Shown here: piece after piece, positions 29,951 to 55,590 of the stretch
Position numbering within the stretch: position 1 is the stretch's first letter
Layout: every line of letters starts with the position of its first letter
Source of the DNA: the human T2T-CHM13v2.0 reference genome, Homo sapiens
Reading direction: 5' to 3' (one strand)
Length of the DNA: 64,000 nucleotides
Assembly (NCBI RefSeq): GCF_009914755.1
Contig: NC_060928.1
Translations under genes and position numbers: made by a program
Notes under the pieces: model-generated
The model's database searches: none
Told to the model about the DNA's origin: nothing
Seen by the model: the letters and a program-made list of their open reading frames with translations, nothing else

Positions 29951-31369
29951 TCATAATCATTTTTAAATGGACAAAAAGCAGATCAGTGGTTGCCAGGGGA
30001 TATGAGGTGGAGAGAACAATAGGAAGAAATTCCAAAAGGCACAAGATTTCTCTTAATAGATATGCTCATTATCTTGACTGTGTTGATAGTTTCACAGATG
30101 CATATACATTTGCCAAAATGTATCAAATTATCCATTTTAAATATGTACAACACTAAATTATTGTATGTTAATTATACTCCAGCAATGCTATTTTTAAAAT
30201 ATCAAGGCCATAAGAGACAAGGAAAGATTGAAGAATGGTCATAGTTTGGAGGACAATAAGGAGACATGACAACTAACTGGAATGTGAGATCTTGGACCAA
30301 ATAAAATCTGTATTTTAGTTTAATAGAGTTGTGCCAGCACTAATTTATTAGTTTATAATTGTATTATATTTTGTACCAGTGCTGATTTCTTAGTTTATAA
30401 TTGTATTATATTATGTAAGATGTTAACATTAAGAAAAGTTGGTGAAAGTGAGTGGGAACCATTTTCAAAACACTATACACCTTTAATTATTTCAAAATAA
30501 AATATATTTTCTAAAAAATCTATAGAAGGGATAACTCCCAATAGGACAAAGTTAAAGAACAATCAAATTAGAAAATATAACTGAGGAATTCTAGCAAATG
30601 GAAAAATACATATTTTTTTAATACAGAATTTGAATGACATGGAGAATAGATGCAGAAGTATTAATATTAGTAGTACATTCAAAAGTCTATAGAAACTGTA
30701 TGAGAAGCAAGAACTTAAGTAACAACAGCAAAAAAAAGAAAATTCCCAGAACTTAAGGTTAGCATGAGTCTTCAAATAGAAAAAGCCATCATATTGCTAA
30801 ACAGGAAAAAATGCTTTTAAAAGCTATACTTTGAGTCCTGGCACCAAAATTTTAAAACATCAAAAATAAATAGTAAATCTTAAAAGCTACCAGAAAGACA
30901 GATGACCTGGAATGGAAGGAGAATCAAATTTATGTTACATATCCCAAAAGTAATATTGGTAACTATACAATGAATGGAGTGATATCTTTAAAGATTTAAA
31001 TGGAAATAACTTGAAACACAAAGTTGTCTATCCAGACAAGCTATCATTCAACAGTAAGAAAAATATAAAAATATAATCAGATATATAAAAATCCTAATGT
31101 ATACCAGCTCTAATGTTGCACAACTTCAAGTACATGTACCTGATTTTCCCTGGAGTGGTGCAGTGCACAGCCTGTGTAGTGTGTGCAGTAAACCTAATCC
31201 ATAGATCCTTCTTGAAAGAATTAAATTCAAGGGCAATCACTAGAAGAATAGGATATATTTCAAACAAATATAATAAAAGTATGGAACAAAGAAAATTTTA
31301 TTGCTGGAAAAGAAGGGAAGAATAAAACATGTATGAATAAAAAGTATGGTAATAGAAAACAAAAATATC

Positions 31370-33629
<2,260 letters not shown>

Positions 33630-33669
33630 AAACCATTGACTTCTTACAGCAAAATAATAACATGAGCTC

Positions 33670-33800
33670 GACACTATTATCTCCATCTTATAGATGAGAA
33701 ACTGAAGCACACCTTGGTTAAGTAGCTTTCCCAACGCCACACAAAGTGATAGAGCTTCTATTTGAACCTAGATGGTCTGAACATTTGGCCCCTACATTAT
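33670..33800 (-). mobile_element. MIR relic
   Basis: MIR core attatctccatcttatagatgagaaactgaagcac…tttgaacctagatggtctga. Confidence 0.8.
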
Positions 33801-33825
33801 AACATTATACAATAAAAAAACATTA

Positions 33826-34111
33826 TTTTTTCTCTATAGACAGGGTCTCTCTGTCACCTAGGCTGGAGTACATAGTATCATCGTAGCTCACTGCAACCTT
33901 GAACTCTTGTGCTCAAGCAATCCTCTTGCATCAATCTCCCAAGTAGCAGGGACTAAAGGCGCACACCACCATACCTGGCTAATTTTTTTTTTTAGTTTTT
34001 GTAGAGACAGGGTCTTGCTATGTTTCCCAGGCTGGTCTTGAACTCTGAGTGATCGTCCCATCTCAGCCTCCCAAAGTGTTGGGCTTATAGGTGTGAGCCA
34101 CCATGACTGGC
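33826..34111 (-). mobile_element. AluJ
   Basis: Reverse Alu with gacagggtctc, gctcaagcaatcctc and tgtagagacagggtcttgctatg J-type diagnostics. Confidence 0.9.
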
Positions 34112-34832
34112 AAAACATCAAATATTTATAAAATAAAATATTATAGACCCAATTAAATAAGTATGAACTTCATGTATTAAAATAGATGGATCTCAAAATA
34201 TTGTTAGGCAAAATTAGCAAGTTATACAAAGATACATATATGAAACCATTTATGATAAAAACAAAGGCAAACATAAAAATAACATTGTGAATTTCACAAG
34301 GGCATATATACCTATGAAAAATATTTTTCAAAATATGAAAATATTCATGCCAAATACAGTAATAATCATTAGTTAGGAGAAGGAAAAGGACCTGAACTTG
34401 AGAGTGTTGATCAAAGAAAACTTTAGTTTTATCTGTAATGTCTTAATTTTTAAAAAGTAGAATATATTCATATAATACAGTTATCAAGCTAAAAGTTTGT
34501 TATCGAGTCTACTGGACCAGTAATATCAATTATATTAATAATAATCAGTGTCAGTAGTATTAGTGACAGTATCAACAGTATCAATGACAGTGTCAGCAGC
34601 ATCAATAACAAACTCTTAGCTTGATAGCCCCAAAAGCGGATCATTTAATCTATTTTAAGTACACAAAGTCATGTGCAAATATGAGAGTTTTATGCATGTT
34701 TCTTGGAGGAGCATTTTAAAAGAGAGCACTATTTTTATGAATAAACCTAAAACACAGAAGAGGTTATTGTAACTAGCATCTATATATCACTTCAGAGATA
34801 ACTATCAATTTGTGAATATATTCTATCACTTT

Positions 34833-36066
34833 TCCAGATTTATTGCGATATAACTGACAAATTTAAATTGTGTCTATTATAAATTGATGTTTTGATATAT
34901 GTATGCATTGAGAAATGATTACCACAATCAAGCTAATATATTCATCAACTCACAGTTATCATGTGTGGGTGAAGAACATTTAAGATCTACTCTCTTAGCA
35001 ATTTTCAAGTATATTATACATTATTATTAACTATACTTATCATGCTACACAATAGATCTCCAGAGTTTATTCTATAAAACTAAAACTTTTAACCTTTAAC
35101 CATATCTCCCTATCCCCCCTCCCACCCAGCCCAATAACCACCATTCTACTCTCTGCTTCCATGAGTTTGACCTTTTTAGATTCCACCTATAAATGAGATA
35201 ATGTATCATTTGTACCTTCATGCCTGGCTTACTTCACTTAACCTAATGTCCTTCAGGTTCATTTGTGTTGCAGCAAATAACAGAATTTCCTTCTTTTTTG
35301 AGACTGAATAGTATTTCATTTTGTATATATACTGCATTTTCTTTATCAATTAATCTGTTGATTCTATATCATGGCTATTGTGAATAATGCTGCAATGAAC
35401 ATGAGACTGTGGTTATCTCTTCAACATACTGATTTTATTTCCTTTGGATACATACCCAGAAGTAAGATTGCTAGATTTTACGATAGCCCTATTTTAAATT
35501 TTTTGAGGAACCTCCATACTGTTTTCCATTGTGGCTCCAATAATTTATATTCCTACCCTCAGTGCACACAGATTCCCTTTTCTCTACATTACCACAAACA
35601 CTTGTTGTCTCTAGCCTTTTTGACAATAGCCATCCTAAGATGTCTGAGGTGATATCTCATTGTGGTTTCAATTTGCATTTCCCTGCTGATGAGCATTTTT
35701 TTAATATCTGTTGTCCATTCGTATGTCTTCTTCTGAGAAATGTCTATTCAGGCTCTACACCCATTTTAAATTGGGTTATTTGCTTTCTTGCTATTGCATT
35801 CTTTAAGATCCTTACATATTTTGAATATTAACCCTTTTTCAGATGTATGGTTTTTAAATATTTTCTTTCATTTTGTAGATTGTAGCTTCACTCTTGTTTG
35901 ATGTGTGTGTGTGTGTGCATGTGCATGTGTCTATTTGTCTGTTTTGCTGTGCAAAACTTTTTTAGTATGATGGAATTCCATTCTTCTATTTTTGCTTTTG
36001 TGTCCTGTGCTTTTGGGGTCATATTCAGAAAGCTATTGCTCAGATCAGTTTCAAGAAGCTTTTCCC
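34833..36066 (-). mobile_element. L1MA8/9-like 3' portion
   Basis: L1MA-type 3'UTR on the minus strand (aatgattaccacaatcaagcta…aagatctactctcttagcaattttcaag) followed by late ORF2. Confidence 0.82.
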
Positions 36067-36095
36067 ATAAAACTGTTAAAAAGTAACCATAGCTA

Positions 36096-42364
<6,269 letters not shown>

Positions 42365-44695
42365 AAATAACGATAGCTACAATCATTTGTTGAGAGATAC
42401 AGGTTACAAAAAGATGTAAATTATGACATGAAAAACATTAATATAAGTGGGGGAAGCAAAAATGTAGAGTTTTTGTAAGCAAAGGTAAGTGGTTATCAGC
42501 TTAAAATAGTCTGTTATAACTATAAGATGTTTCATGCAAGCCTAGTGATAACCACAAAGCAAAAACCTATAGTAGATACACAAAATATAAAAATAAGTAT
42601 TCAAAACACATCACCATAGAAGATCATCACCATCAAACCATGAAGAAAAACAGTAAGAAAGGAAAAAATGAACAAAAGATCTTAAAACAACCAGAAAAAC
42701 AACCAGAAAGATCTATAAAACAACCAGAAAAAGAATAACAAAGTGGCAGTAGTATATAGTATATGCTTACCTATAAATAATTACTTTAAATGTAAATGGA
42801 TTATATTCTTCAATCAGAAGCTGTAGAGTGGCTGAATACATTTTTTAGAGACCAAGGCCCAACAATATGCTGCCTACAAGAAACTCACTCCACCTTTATG
42901 GACACAAATAGACTAAAAGTGAAGAGATGGAAAAGGATATTCTACTAAATGGAAACCAAAAGAGATCAGGAGTAGCTATACTTAGACAAAATATTCTTAA
43001 GTCAAAAACTATAAAAAGAAGCAAAGAAGGTTATTATATAATGATAAAGGGGTCAGTTCATCAAAACGACATAAGAATTATAAATATATACACCCAATAT
43101 CAGAGCACCTACATATATAAGGCAAATATTAAATGATCTGAGGGGAGAGAGAGACTACAATACAATAATAGTAGGGTACCTCAATACTTTACTTTCACTA
43201 TGGACAGATCATTCAGACAGATAATAAGAAAACTTTGGACTTGAACTACACTTTAAACCAAATGAACCTAACAGACATATATAGAACATTCCATCCAAAA
43301 GCAACATAATACTCATTCTTCTCACATGCACATAAAATATTCTTCAGGATAATTTGTTAGGTCATAAAACAAATCTTGACAAATGTAATAAGATTTAAAT
43401 CATATGAAGTATCTTCTTTATACAATGGTATAAAACTAGAGATCAATAGCATAAACAATCTCAAAAATGTAAAAATATGTAGAAATTTAAAAACATGATC
43501 AGGAATAACCAATGGGTCAAATGAGAAATTAAAAGGTAAATTTCAGAATATCCTCACACAAACAAAAATAAAAACACAACATCTCAAAACTTCTGGGATG
43601 CAGCCAAAGCAGTTTTAAAAGGTAAGTTTATAGCAAAAGCACTTACATCAAAAAAGAAGAAAGATCTCAAATAAACAACCCACGTTATATGTTATAGAAC
43701 TAGGAAAAAAAAAAAAACTAAGCACAAAGTCAACAGAAGAAAGGAAATAATAAAAGTCAGAACAGAAATAAATGAAATAAAGTCTAAAAAAGAATCAATA
43801 AAACTACAAGATTTTTTAAAAACTTAGTTATACTAAGAAAGAAAGAAGACTCAAATAAATAAAATCAGAAATGAAAGAGGTGACATTACAACTCATACCA
43901 CAGAAATACAAAGGATCATAAGAAACTATTATGAATAATTCTGTGTCAACAAATCAGCTAACTTAGAAGAAATGGATAAATTCCTAGAAACATACAACCC
44001 ACCAAGACTGAATCATAAAGATATAGAAAATCTGAATAGACCAATAACAAGTAGAAAGCTTGAATCACTAACAAAAGGTCTCTCGTCAAAGAAAAGCCCA
44101 GAACCGGATAGCCTCATGGAAAATTCTTCCAAACATTTAAAGAAAAACTAACACAATTTCTTCTTAAACTCCTTTTAAAACTTGAAAAGGAAGGAAAACT
44201 TCCAAACACATTTTATTAGACCAGCTTCGCCCTGATACCAAAGCCAGAAAAGGACATTGCAAGAAAAGAAAATTACAGACCAATATCCCTGATAAACACG
44301 GAAGCAAAAATCCTCAAAAGAATACTAACAAACCAAGTTCAATAGCACATTTAAAAAATAATATTTCATGATCAAGTAGGATTTATCCCTATCCTAGCAA
44401 GGATTATTCAACATACTCAAGTCAATAAATGTGATACACCACATTAACAGAATAAAATACAAAAATTATATGATCATCTCAGTACATGCAGAAAAAGCAT
44501 TTGACAAAATTCATAATCCTTTTATGTTAAAAACTGTCACTAAGTTATGTGTAGAAGGAAGGTACCTCAATAAAATAAAAGACATATAGGACAAGCCCAC
44601 AGCTAACATCACCCTCAATGGTGAAAAGCTGAAAGCTTTTCCAGTAAGATCAGAAAAAGACAAAGTTGCCCACTTTCAGCACTTCTATTCAATAT
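42365..44695 (+). mobile_element. Old L1MA inter-ORF region plus ORF2 EN/RT relic
   Basis: Long inter-ORF spacer, then EN text (tatgctgcctacaagaaactcac) through RT (gcagaaaaagcatttgacaaaatt), ending at cacttctattcaatat. Confidence 0.82.
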
Positions 44696-44938
44696 TTGAT
44701 CATTTAAACTGCTTATGAAGTATGGCTATTAATTCAATGTTCATCAAAACTGTAGTAAGTCCCAACCAAGGTGTCAGGCACTATTATAATAAATAAGAAT
44801 ATATTATTTAATAAGAAATACACACCACTCCAGCCTTTATAAAACATGTAGTTCAAAGTAGAAGAAAGGAATTTTAATTAGTCATTAGGCAAATAGGACA
44901 ATGAAACAAAAGACATAGCTCAGAAACAAATATATACT

Positions 44939-47194
<2,256 letters not shown>

Positions 47195-47209
47195 AAACAA
47201 ATATATACT

Positions 47210-48460
47210 TGATTTATGATAAAATTAACACATGCTAAGGATGGTCTTGATGTACTTATTTTATACCTTACACAAAAATCACTTTTACATGAATAGTATA
47301 AAACAATTAAGCTTCTAGGGAAAAAAAAACAACAAGAGAATAAAGTCATGATTTGGGGGTAGATAACAATTTCTTAAATAAGACAGAAAATCCACAAAGA
47401 AAAATATTGACAAATTATACTTTATTAAAATTAAGGACTTCTGATCTCAGAAGAGTCTGTAAAAGGTAAGCCAAAGACTAGAAGAAGATATTTGCAAGAC
47501 ACACATATTCAACAACAGACAAATATACAAAATATATTACAAAAAGAATATAAAACAAACCTCTAACATATCAATGGAGTGTGGTGGGAGAGGCATCCCA
47601 ATAACAAAGTGAGCAAAGACTTGAACAGGAATTTCACAAAAGAAGATATATAAATGGCTGATATATAAATGGCCAATAAAAAGATATTCATTCTCATTAG
47701 TCACCATTATGGAGATGCAATTTATAAAAACACAATGAAGATACCACTACACACACATCAGAATGACTAAATAAAATATTGGCAATACCAAATGTTGACA
47801 AGAATGAAAAGTCACTAAAATTTTCATACATTGATGGTGGGAGTTTATTTTTTATTTATTTTATTTTTTATTTTTAATTTCTGTGGGCACATAGTGGGTA
47901 TATATATTCATGGGGCTGATGGGAGTTTAAATTACTAGAACCCGTTTAGGAAACTGCTTGACAGTATCTACTAACACTGAACATATGCCTACCCATGACC
48001 CTGCAAATTTACTCCTAGAAATACACCTAATAGAAATACATAAATCTTTCAGAAATAAAAAGCAGATACAAGCACAAAAGAATGTTCATTATAGCAGCAG
48101 CAGTCATGATAGCCAGAAATTATAAATGACACAAATGACAATGAACAGTAGAATGGATTAAACAAATCGTGGTATATTCATTCAAAGAAACAGGAAAGAA
48201 AGACCATTGCCATTCACACCATGAATGTTACAAACATAATATTGAGCCAAAGAAGACCCCAAGAAATACACTGTATAGTTTCATTTATGTGAAGTTCAAG
48301 AAAATACAAACTAATCTGTGGCGCTAGAAGTCAACATATTGGTTACCTTGAAGGAGCTTATTACTGGAAGAGGGAACAAAGGGGTTTTTAGAGTGCTGGT
48401 AATATTATATTTTTTGATCTGAATGGGTGATAACATGTATTGTGCACATGCTGTGAAAAT

Positions 48461-48532
<72 letters not shown>

Positions 48533-48600
48533 CACTCATGATTTGTTCACATTTTTGTGTGATGCTATACTTCAATTAAAAGTTTATTTAAATGAAAAGA
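47210..48600 (+). mobile_element. Ancient L1ME-like late ORF2 and 3'UTR (host of the HSPD1 retrocopy; begins ~44860)
   Basis: Decayed late-ORF2/3'UTR text (gacttgaacaggaatttcacaaaagaagatata; actaatctgtggcgctagaagtca) that is continuous across the TSD. Confidence 0.7.
48465..48531. repeat. Compound (CT)n(TA)n microsatellite
   Basis: Direct read. Confidence 0.97.
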
Positions 48601-48649
48601 AAATTAGAAATTTGATGAGCGTTCTGGAAATTAGCAGGATGATATGCAA

Positions 48650-49470
48650 GTATATCACAGAAGACAGATAAAGTCAGGACAGTCATCCTAAAGGACATAC
48701 TATTTAAATTGAACTATGGGAATTAGCCAGGAAAAAGTAGGTGTGGTGTCAGCAGCAGGGAACAGATGGAGTGGAGAAGGAGAAGACTCTTTTAGGAAAG
48801 AAAGGATTTGAGCAGAAACCTAGACACATGAAAAGGGCATAGCTCATTCAAGATATAGAAGGAAGTCTGATGCAAGCAAAAAGACCTAGGGTAGGAGTGG
48901 CAAGAAATGAGGCTGAAGACATAGGCAAGATCTAGGTCAGACAGGGCCTTATATGCCATATCAAGAGTTTCAAATTCTATCTTAAATGCAATGGAAAGTT
49001 ATAGATAGACTTATAGTACAGGCCTGACATGACCTGGTTTTATTGTTAGAAGACGGCTACAGCATGGAGAATTGATTACAGGGAAGAAAGACTGGAATTG
49101 GAGAGACTGTTTAAGAGACTGTCACAGTACCCCAAGTAGATGATGGTGGATTTCATTAGCCTGGACAGAGGGAATAGAGAGAAAGAAATGTAGGATGTAC
49201 ATTGATGATGGGATATAAGGTATAAAGAAAAGGTACAAGTCAGAGAGGTTTCCCAGAGGTCTTTCCAGACAACTGAGTGGATGATAATGCCAGCTATTGT
49301 GATAGGGAATCCTGGAGAATGGTTAAATCAAGGCAAAAGGATGTGTTCCATTTTAGACATACTGACCTTGAGATCTCTGCAGGACATCCAAGAGGAGGTC
49401 TCAAGTAAGCATTTGGATACATAAGTCGCAAATTCAGGATAGAGGGCTGAATTGAAGGCATAGGTCATTA
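48650..49470 (-). mobile_element. L2 relic
   Basis: Purine-rich L2 reverse-strand motifs (aaatgaggctgaagacataggcaag…cagggccttatatgcca…; caactgagtggatgataatgcc; catccaagaggaggtctcaagtaagc). Confidence 0.7.
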
Positions 49471-50251
49471 GTGATTCTACTTCTTGTTGGCAATAGAATG
49501 TGTGACAGAATTATTTTTCAATATTAACATATGCTTTGTTTTTGTTCGATAATTCTCTTTTACCCCATAACCTACCCCCATTCAGGCAACACGACTTTAC
49601 CATATTAATTGTATTAAAAAAAAGGGCCAAATTCTAGACTTGTAAGTCAAAGCTCTGAAGGACTTGAGGCCCAAATTTTACATCATAAACAATAGATTCA
49701 AAATAATACATAATCAGTTAGAATTAGTTTTCCTGCCCCAAAAAAGATAAAGGGTTTGAGGGTTGGGATAGAAAAGAGTTGAAGAAGTGACAAAAATCTA
49801 CACTTAGGTGGTTTCTCTGATTAGGGGCCCTATTTATTACCCTCTACCCAGACCTGCCCTGGGCTGAGTCTTAGGAAAGGGAGAGAAAACAATGGAAACC
49901 TCAGATACGTAATCAGCTTAAATATCGAGGAAACTATGTCTCAGTTCTCCTGTGAGTCCCAGGGAGCTGACAGGTTCTTCAGAGCTACCTTAACATAGGG
50001 CAGGGTAACTAAGCTATAACAGACCTGTCCTGGACAGCCTGAGTGTTCCATGCTCCAGTGAGGCATAGGAAAAAAATAGAAGTTGCTGAAAGGGAGAAGT
50101 GAGCGCTAAAGACCTATTGGTCAATATGAGAAAAACATAACAGCCATTTCAATGGATTGATGACCAAAAAGAAGATGAGAACAAAGATGTATCAAGCAAT
50201 ATAAAAGTCTTATTAAAATACCATTACCTTGCCCCAAATCTACATAATAGA

Positions 50252-50673
50252 TGTTAGCTCTTGCTAGAAAAATGCTGCATAACAAACTATCCCAAACTCA
50301 GTGTCTTAAAATAAGAACTATTTAGCAAACATGTCTGCAGGTTTGCTGGGAGTTAGCTCATCTAGGTGGATGTGATGGGGGTAAATTCTGCTGGACATGT
50401 CTCTCACCCTTTTTCTAGGACTGGTGGACTAGTTGAGGCTTGTTTTTCTTATGGTGCCAGTGAAGGTACAAAGGTCGGCACATCCAAATCTGCATATGTT
50501 TCAAACCTCTGATCACATTACTCCTGCTAATATCCCACTGACATATATGCCTGCTGATATCCCACTAAGTCCCGTGGCTGAATCTGGAGTGAAGAGCTCA
50601 GGATAGCCTTGTCCAAAGGTATTCAGTAAAGAGAAAGGTGAAGAATTGGGGCCATTGATTCTGTGTCTACCAC
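50252..50673 (-). mobile_element. Old MaLR LTR (MLT1F-H-like)
   Basis: aatgctgcataacaaactatcccaaactcagtgtcttaaaa start and gaagaattggggccatt…tctaccaca end. Confidence 0.7.
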
Positions 50674-52019
50674 ATCCACACTTAGATGAAATCCCTGGAA
50701 GTGGAGGAAGGAAATATCTATGATTTAACCACAAAAGATACAAATTAGTGACAGAAAAATAAAATCACATTGCTTGCACACCCAGGATTTCGAATTGGGA
50801 TTTGAAGGAATATTACAATAGGGGCATAAACAAAATGCGAAAGGAACCCAAAGGAAAAATCCCATTCTGACATCAGAATGACATCACAAATAAGGTAACA
50901 TTTGATGAAAGTCCTATGAAAGATGAGTAGAATTTTGAACAACTGAGGTTAAGCAAAAGCACGGAATCATGAAAATTATTCTTTGAAATGGCAAAGATTT
51001 CTGTGGCTGGATCATGGGATTTATTGACTGGAGCGATTTCTCCTCAGAAGACCAGACACATGTGAGCTATGCGAATCCACGGAAGTGTTGTTATCTTTCT
51101 ATTTTTTCCTCGCTTATATGAAGGACTATAGGTCAGGAACTGTGCAAGAGGAGGAATGTGCATATGTTGGGGTGGGGATAGATAGGGGAGGTCTGGAATG
51201 GATAATTCATTTCAAACTCAAAAAAGCAGACTGAGAGAAGACATAGGGAGAACTGACAGAGAAACCATAAAGCTGGAAAAAGATTAGAGAAAACCACAAG
51301 AAGATCTGTTTAACCCTAATTTCTGTGTTTTTTCTGATGAAGATGTAGTATTAATTGTTTCAGAGTTCATCAGAGATCCACGTATCTTAAATCTGAGATA
51401 TAAGCCAGTTGAAAACAAACATTCCACTTGAGCGGCCTTTTAATGACACAAAGGCTAAAGGGAAAAAAAAAAAAGATTTGCATAGCAATAACTATCATTG
51501 CTTTAAAGCTGCATAGACTTTTCAGAGCCCTGAACAACCACCAAATCAGGAATTCAAACCGCACCCTGGGAAGGCTGGGCTTCTTTTTGTTAAAAAGAAA
51601 AACCAAAGATCTCTGAGGTTAGTTACCAGGCAGTAAAAATCAAAAGTCCAAACTCCCCTCTAACCACTGAATATTTGCCATGTAGACCCACACCCAACTA
51701 GGATATTGCCAAAACCCCAAAAAAGTACCATGACTAAGATCCATGTCTTTCTCTGGGTACTATTTCCACAGAAAGCTTCTTATGTCTCTTCCCTGACATT
51801 TCACAAAATAGAGAAAAAGGAAAGGAAAAAAATATCCCTGAGGAAAGGCTAAGTGTAAAGAAGAATTTGATTTTGGCATTGCTTTGAGAGGTTCCACTTA
51901 CTTCCTCAACCCATGGAATGCTTATTGTTGAACCAACACCGTAAGAAAGACACAGCTTCAGCTTCAATAAGACTGCACTGTATGCAAAAACATTGAATAA
52001 ATGGATAAATAATAATTTT

Positions 52020-52255
52020 TGAACTCCTATTGTGTGCCAGAAATGGTAGTGAGAATTCTACATGTGACTCAAAGATCCTGACAAAGATTTTATAAAGTAT
52101 TTTCATTATCCCCATTTTATAGATGAGAAAGCTGAGGCAGAAACAGGTTGTGTATCTTTCCCAAGGTTGACATGATAAGAAAGTAGCCGAGTCAGGATTC
52201 AGTCCCAGCACTCTGATTCCAGGGCTCATCTGCTCATGTGCTATGTTCACTGACT
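52020..52255 (-). mobile_element. MIR relic
   Basis: attatccccattttatagatgagaaagctgaggcag…gtcaggattcagtcccag MIR core. Confidence 0.82.
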
Positions 52256-52279
52256 CCTAGAGAAGAAATTAGAAATAAC

Positions 52280-53240
52280 ACCACCCTTACATTAAACTTT
52301 CCAAAGAATATAAAAAGAGAGAACATTTTCCAACTCATTTTACGAGACCTGGATATCCTTCACTAAAAGCTGACATGGATATAATAAAAAAGGAAAATTA
52401 CAGGCCACTCTGTCTTGGGAAGGTAGAAGCAAAAAAATGGTATACCAAAATACCAACAAATTGGTTTCAGAGAATTCATGCAAACAAATAAGAAAAAGAT
52501 AACCCAAAAGAAAAATGCGATTTCACAAAAGAAGATATCCAAATGGTTAAAAAAAAAAAAGGAAAAAAACTTTTTTTTCCTTAAAAAACTATTAAGTGCT
52601 CAATGTCACTAGTCATCAGGGAAATGCAAATTAATGACACAACATGTCACCCAAATGATTGCAAGTAAAAAGACTGACAAGACAAGGAGCTGGTGAGTAT
52701 ATAAAAGAAGAGGAACTCTTGGTACAGTCACTTTGGAGAAGAGTCTAGAAGTAGCTACCATAGGTGAAGACATAAAATGCCCTATGAACCAGAAATTCAA
52801 CTCCTAGGTTTTTACTCAGCAGAAATTCACATATGTGCACCAAAAGACATGTACAAAAACGTGTTTGTGACACCTTTATTCATAAGAGCCCAAAACTGGC
52901 AACAACCTAAATAACTATTAACAGTGTAATGGAAAAAATGTGATATATTTATACTAGGGAGTACTATACAGCAATAAAAATGATCTACTGCTATACACAA
53001 TAATTTGAATAAATCTCACAATGTTGAGCAAGAAAAAAGCCAGGCATAAAAGTGGGCATACCCTCTATTTCCATTTACATACTGTTCTAAAATAGGCAAA
53101 ACGATCTATGATGACAGAAGTCAGAAAAAGACTTATTCTCTGGGAAGTGTTTGTAGCGATTGGTAAGAGAAGAAGGATGCTGGGAATGCTTTATCTGTTG
53201 ATCAGGGCATTGGTCACATGGTTGTGTCCACTTAATGTTT
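52280..53240 (+). mobile_element. Ancient L1M fragments (ORF2 piece and 3' end)
   Basis: tttccaactcattttacgagacc RT-region text, then cactagtcatcagggaaatgcaaatt and 3'UTR text. Confidence 0.65.
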
Positions 53241-53379
53241 CAAGTATAGTTCCAGAAGTAACACCTTGGTGAGAGAGAAGGTAACCCAAATTCATGGTAT
53301 GTGTATCTTAAGTGAAAGTGGTTCAACCAGGTAGAGGAACATTAAGCAGATTAAATTTCAAAATCAGCTAAATATCCAT

Positions 53380-55040
53380 AGCATCATTTATTGAGTATCT
53401 AAAATATGCATGAAACAAATGTTAAGTCCTGAAAATAAAAAGATGAAAAGACAAACTTCCTATTAGCAAATTGTTCACAATCAAGCTGAAAAGGAGGTAT
53501 AAAAATAATCTATTTCAAAACAAAGTCTGCTCTCTTGGAATTAGGCAAGTAGTTTTGAGAGTTTAGAGGAGTGAGGGAAGGCCCTCCAGAAGTGGCAACA
53601 CTTAAATCTTGTAAGTTTTGCAGGGCAAAGGGCTTCAACAGCCCTTCATCAGCCCATCCGTCAGGTGGGAGAGGGAGGGGGTCTGGGCAAAGGTATTTGA
53701 AACAGTTGACTGCATTTGTAAAAGAGGACACTGAGAGAAAGCATTATCAATTATAGGAACATTAGGTAGGTAGGTATAACTAGAGCTGAAAATGCAAGAC
53801 AGAAATAGAGGTGAGGCTAGGCAAGTAGTGGTCTCTTATTCCATTTTGGATTTTTATCCTGTGGGACATTGGAGCTATTAGAGCTATTGAAGAATTTTTG
53901 TTTAATCTAATGTGAAGGGTAGATGGGAGGAAGGTAAGACTGGGAAGATGAGGTAGGAGGTTTTATAAAAATTCAGGAATATATGTCAGGTTTTATTAAA
54001 CAATTCAAAATCTTAGTGGCTTATAACAGCAAACATTTGTTTCTTACTTACAGGTCTGTGGGTCAGTCATGGTCGGTTTCAGCTTGGCTGGGTTGGACCA
54101 GGCTTGGCTTGGCTCTAGACTACATAGGCAGACTCATGTGTGCTCCATGGGTTTTCCTTTTCAAAATTCATGATGAAGGAGCAATGTCTTTTCTGTTCTT
54201 CTATTGGTGGATGGCAGGAGTGCAGGGAGGTAGTGGGGTGGGCAGAAACATGCAATATCTCCTAAAGCCTCTACTCAGAGCTAGCACAGCATCTCTTCTA
54301 TGCACCTGCCACCAGCCAGAGTCTCATGGCCAAGCTCAATGTCTACAGGACGCAGTAGGATACTCTACCCATAGGGTGAGGAAAGAGAGAATGAACACTT
54401 GTTGAACATATTAGCTCAATCTACCACACCAGGCAAAAGATTATGAACCACTAAACTAAGGCAGACGAGTAGGAATAAACAAGAGGGGATTAAGAAACCA
54501 AGACTAACCAGATTCTGATCCTAGCTATTCTGGCTGGACAGAGATAGACTGTCTTGTGAGGAAACTAGGAAATTAAACCAAAAGTTTTAACTCAAGGAAG
54601 TGCCTGATTAGAGTTGGGTAGTCAATCTAAATCAGTTAACTAATTTGACATTAGCCCAAGATGAGAAATTTAAGAGCAAAGCCTCTCAAAGAGAGATAAT
54701 GAGAGAGTAGAATTTAAATCAGTAGTAGGAGGTGGGGTCAATAACAATCTTGAGCTTATTCCAGTCCTTGAGGTAATGAGCATCCTGGGAGCTCTCAAAA
54801 GGCAGCCCCAGAACATAGAAAGAATGACAGAATAGAAGAAGTAGGAATGGGAGAGTTTAGGATGACTCCTAGCTGGGCAGGCTAACAAATTAGGTAAATA
54901 CTAGGGTCCTGCTGAATTATGGGACATAGAAGAAGAGAGTTTCAGAAAAAAGATGATAAGTTCAATTTGGCTTGATTTTTTAATCTGAGCCACCTAGGTG
55001 AGCATGCCTCCTAGTGGGTTGACAATCAGGCCATAGAGCT
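53380..55040 (-). mobile_element. L2 relics interrupted by an MLT1 LTR
   Basis: catttattgagtatct… L2 3' end, and ggatttttatcctgtgggacattggagctatt motifs. Confidence 0.55.
53984..54428 (-). mobile_element. Old MaLR LTR (MLT1H/I-like)
   Basis: aaaatcttagtggcttataacagcaaacattt…caggtctgtgggtcag…tcatggccaagctcaa…caatctaccaca. Confidence 0.7.
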
Positions 55041-55590
55041 CCTTCCTTTCATATTGTTTTCATAGTCTAGAATTCCCTTTCTCTCCTCTGTCATCCATCC
55101 AAAGTCTAAAATTTTCATGATCATTTAAACTTCCAGTGCTGTCTTCCTTCTCTGAGGTGCTTACATTTGAAATTAGCATACTTCATTTAACATGGGCCAT
55201 TTGTGTTATATATACACATGCACACACGTATGCACACATAACAATTTTGTACCCAAAAGTAAACTGTAAGTTACATAATGACAAGGCCTTATGTGACTTT
55301 TGTATCTTCTTCAGAACTTTAGCACAGTACTAGAAAAATGTTGAAACCTAACTAAAAAATGCGTTTGATAATTAACTATTTCATAGTACTTTTACGACCT
55401 AGTTCAAACAATTGAGATAATTCTTATTCTTTAAATGCTTATCCTTGTGTGTATCTCCATGACTATATCTTTGTGCAATAAACAATTGTTGAAATGTTAA
55501 CCTTGATTCATACTAAGTGGCAGACAAAAGTTAACCTGGTTTAAAAATTAGGTCATAATAATCAATAATCAAGAGTCTCAAGAGTTGACA

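Noticed and set aside
30330-30412. 42-bp tandem duplication (similar small ones at ~6620-6668, ~42675-42731, ~47645-47674, ~50523-50567 and low-complexity 34520-34610)
   Set aside because: Two-copy slippage duplications, mostly inside dead repeats, with no sign of function.
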